The position numbers were made by a program, and so were the translations under genes. A stretch of 64,000 nucleotides of DNA from a virus (lineage: Duplodnaviria > Caudoviricetes). Location of the stretch: positions 138,705 to 202,704 of IMG/VR virus record IMGVR_UViG_3300044712_000786, one strand, 5' to 3'. Each line of letters starts with the position of its first letter. The first letter of the stretch is position 1. The notes under the pieces were generated by a model. That model ran no database searches, was not told where the DNA came from, and was given only the letters and a program-made list of their open reading frames with translations. Of the stretch, positions 61,820 through 64,000 are shown piece by piece.

Positions 61820-64000
61820 CTCCCGATAAATTTTTAGATGGATATAGCGATATTTCTTTACCGCTATATGGGGTAAAATTACCTAAGTTCCAAATCCCAG
61901 AAAAGTATTATAACGAATTAGGAATTAGCAAAGAATCCTCTAACTTTGATTTTATGAGGGCTCTATGCTTAAAATCTTTTAAAGCCCTAAAGCTGGAAAA
62001 AGACAGCGACGAATACAAGAGATACGCAGAACGAACAAAACATGAATTAGGCTTAATCGAAGAATTAGGCTTTACAGATTATATCTTATTAGTCTGGGAT
62101 GTTATTAATTTCTGTAAAGAAAACGGGATACCTACGGGAAGAGGTAGGGGGAGCGCTGCTGGTTCATTAGTGCTAGACCTAATAGGTATCACTCGCGTAG
62201 ACCCAATTAAGTATGGTCTTTACTTCGAAAGATTCATCAGCAGAACGAGAGCTAAAAAACAGATAATAGATGGTATTACTTATCTTGATGGAAAGCTTAT
62301 GATGGACGTAGATTTGGATATTGACTACTATCGACGGGGGGAAGTAATTCAATATCTAGAGAATAAGTTCTCTGGAAGGGTATCTAAGATTTTAACTATC
62401 AATACTCTGACGGGCAAATTATTAATTAAAGAATGCGGAAAGATTGTTGGAGCCAAGTCCGAACAAGAAATGAATACTGTTTCGGGGCATATTCCCAAAC
62501 ATTTCGGAATTGTTACAGATATCGAAGAAGCATATAACGGAAAGAAAAAAGCAGATGGAGAATACGAGATAGAGCCTGTAAAAGACTTTGTAGATTGGTG
62601 TGACGAAAACAGGGAAACCTACGACATCGCTTTAAAATTAAGAGGCTTGATTAAAAACAAGGGTGTCCACGCTTCAGGAATATTAGTCTCTTGCGACCCA
62701 TTAGAGGAAACCTGCCCTCAGGAATTAACCTCCGACAAACAGTTAGTTTCTTCCTATACGATGGATTGGGCATCACTGCTTAACATTAAGTTAGACCTTC
62801 TAGGTTTAAGGGCCGTTTCCGTAGTTGAAGATGTATGTAAGCAACTAGGTATTAGTGCGGACGATATCAACGTAGATAACCCAGAGATTTACGATTACTA
62901 TAAGGATTTAAAAACCCCACATGGACTGTTCCAGATTGAGGCGGAAACAAATCTTAAAGTATGTCAAAAAGTCAAGCCGAAAAATCTCGAACACCTTAGC
63001 GGCGTATTGGCTCTAGCGAGACCGGGAGCGCTACAGTTTATTGATAACTATGCTGATTACGTAAATACGGGCAACTTTAATTCTATCCATCCTTTCTTTG
63101 ACGATGTTCTATCTAAGACTGGGGGAATTTGCTTATATCAAGAACAGGCTATGAAAATGGCCAATAAGATAGGATTCTCTCTAGAAGACTCGGAAAGCAT
63201 CAGAAGGTGTGTAGGTAAAAAGCTCGTAAAGGAAATGAAATCTTGGGAAGAGAAAATCAAAGATAAAATAAGAGAGAATAAGCTCGACCCTCAGATAGGC
63301 GAAATCTTTTGGAAAATTCTAGACGATTCCGCAAAATATCAGTTCAATTTCTCGCACAGCTTGAGCTACGCAAGTCTTTCGGCTATAACAACTTATCTTA
63401 AATTTAAGCATCCTAAAGAATTCTTCCTTTCTTTACTTAAGATGACTAGATTTGAACCCGACCCCATTTCAGAAATTTCTAAGATTCAAAAAGAGCTTTC
63501 TTGCTTTGGCATCAAATTACTGCCCCCTCATATCTTAAAGTCTAGCATGGACTTTAAAATTGAAGGTGATGATATACGGTTTGGCCTCCTTTCTATTAAG
63601 GGTATCTCCGATAAATCGATAGAGAAACTAAATCAATTCAGGCATGAGCATTCTAATAAGTTTGAGGTTTTTCAAGGAGCGGAAGAGGCGGGGCTGAACC
63701 TCGGTATTCTCTGCGCTCTATTACAGGCTGGAGCCCTTGAGGGGGTTAAGCAGTCAAGAACCAGAGTCGTTCTTGAAGCACAAATTTGGAGTAAGCTCAC
63801 CGATAGGGAAAAAAAGGCTGCATTTGAACTTGGCCCTAAAATGGATTTTGACCTGACGGAAATTTTAAAATCCTTAAAAACGACTCTTAACGATAAGGGC
63901 AAGCCCATTATTAAAGAATCTCGCTATGAGACAATTAAGCGTCATTGCGAAAATTACGTTAAAATCTATAATCAGAATAAGAAAGACGCTAAATTTGCTA
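61816..64000 (+). CDS. dnaE: DNA polymerase III alpha catalytic part lacking PHP (runs off window)
   Basis: Manual translation: ELGFTDYILLVWD, GRGRGSAAGS, FERF, DVDLDID, HASG, KLDLLGL, FQIE, LARPG, YQEQ, FNFSH. Confidence 0.92.
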   Translation, partial: MTPDKFLDGYSDISLPLYGVKLPKFQIPEKYYNELGISKESSNFDFMRALCLKSFKALKLEKDSDEYKRYAERTKHELGLIEELGFTDYILLVWDVINFCKENGIPTGRGRGSAAGSLVLDLIGITRVDPIKYGLYFERFISRTRAKKQIIDGITYLDGKLMMDVDLDIDYYRRGEVIQYLENKFSGRVSKILTINTLTGKLLIKECGKIVGAKSEQEMNTVSGHIPKHFGIVTDIEEAYNGKKKADGEYEIEPVKDFVDWCDENRETYDIALKLRGLIKNKGVHASGILVSCDPLEETCPQELTSDKQLVSSYTMDWASLLNIKLDLLGLRAVSVVEDVCKQLGISADDINVDNPEIYDYYKDLKTPHGLFQIEAETNLKVCQKVKPKNLEHLSGVLALARPGALQFIDNYADYVNTGNFNSIHPFFDDVLSKTGGICLYQEQAMKMANKIGFSLEDSESIRRCVGKKLVKEMKSWEEKIKDKIRENKLDPQIGEIFWKILDDSAKYQFNFSHSLSYASLSAITTYLKFKHPKEFFLSLLKMTRFEPDPISEISKIQKELSCFGIKLLPPHILKSSMDFKIEGDDIRFGLLSIKGISDKSIEKLNQFRHEHSNKFEVFQGAEEAGLNLGILCALLQAGALEGVKQSRTRVVLEAQIWSKLTDREKKAAFELGPKMDFDLTEILKSLKTTLNDKGKPIIKESRYETIKRHCENYVKIYNQNKKDAKFA

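Noticed and set aside
14464-63908. Short antisense or alternate-frame ORFs nested in long genes (e.g. 14464-14853, 15378-15662, 18825-19133, 35059-35283, 51787-52215, 63672-63908)
   Set aside because: They lie fully within well-supported genes, mostly on the opposite strand, and have no recognisable motifs.
1-64000. Alternative genetic code (TAG/TGA reassignment)
   Set aside because: Conserved enzymes are intact under code 11, TAG and TGA both act as stops at coupled junctions, and no suppressor (CTA/TCA/TTA) tRNA was found.

Overview
AT-rich segment of a large (jumbo-type) tailed dsDNA phage genome, read with the standard genetic code. It has two arms that diverge at about 30.25 kb. The left arm (minus strand) opens with a ~12 kb array of about 28 recognisable tRNA genes plus several atypical tRNA-like RNAs, interleaved with small ORFs, two probable homing endonucleases and many structured non-coding elements. 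It continues with a Ro60/TROVE-like (DUF2828-type) RNA-binding protein, a DenV-like glycosylase, a J-domain kinase/vWA/PurA-like triad, secreted FN3 proteins and nucleotide-metabolism genes (thyX, guaC, dCMP deaminase, dut). The right arm (plus strand) carries a dNMP kinase, a sigma-like factor, class II RNR (nrdJ), a PAS/holin/spanin-like cassette, a ~15 kb glycosylation cluster and the replication module (RecA-like, DnaB, primase, split PHP + exonuclease + DnaE). The most striking signal is a candidate Ro60-centred RNA system with five parts: (i) a circularly permuted tRNA mimic of YrlA architecture; (ii) a Y-RNA-like hairpin directly after the Ro60-like gene; (iii) a covarying ACAGCAA stem motif present as four tandem copies in the tRNA array and once just before the Ro60-like start codon; (iv) a 152-nt G3:U70 tRNA-Ala-like RNA; (v) a 272-nt multi-hairpin RNA. 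All RNA folds were derived by eye and all protein calls come from motif recognition; no database searches were run. A Verrucomicrobia-like host is an inference only.
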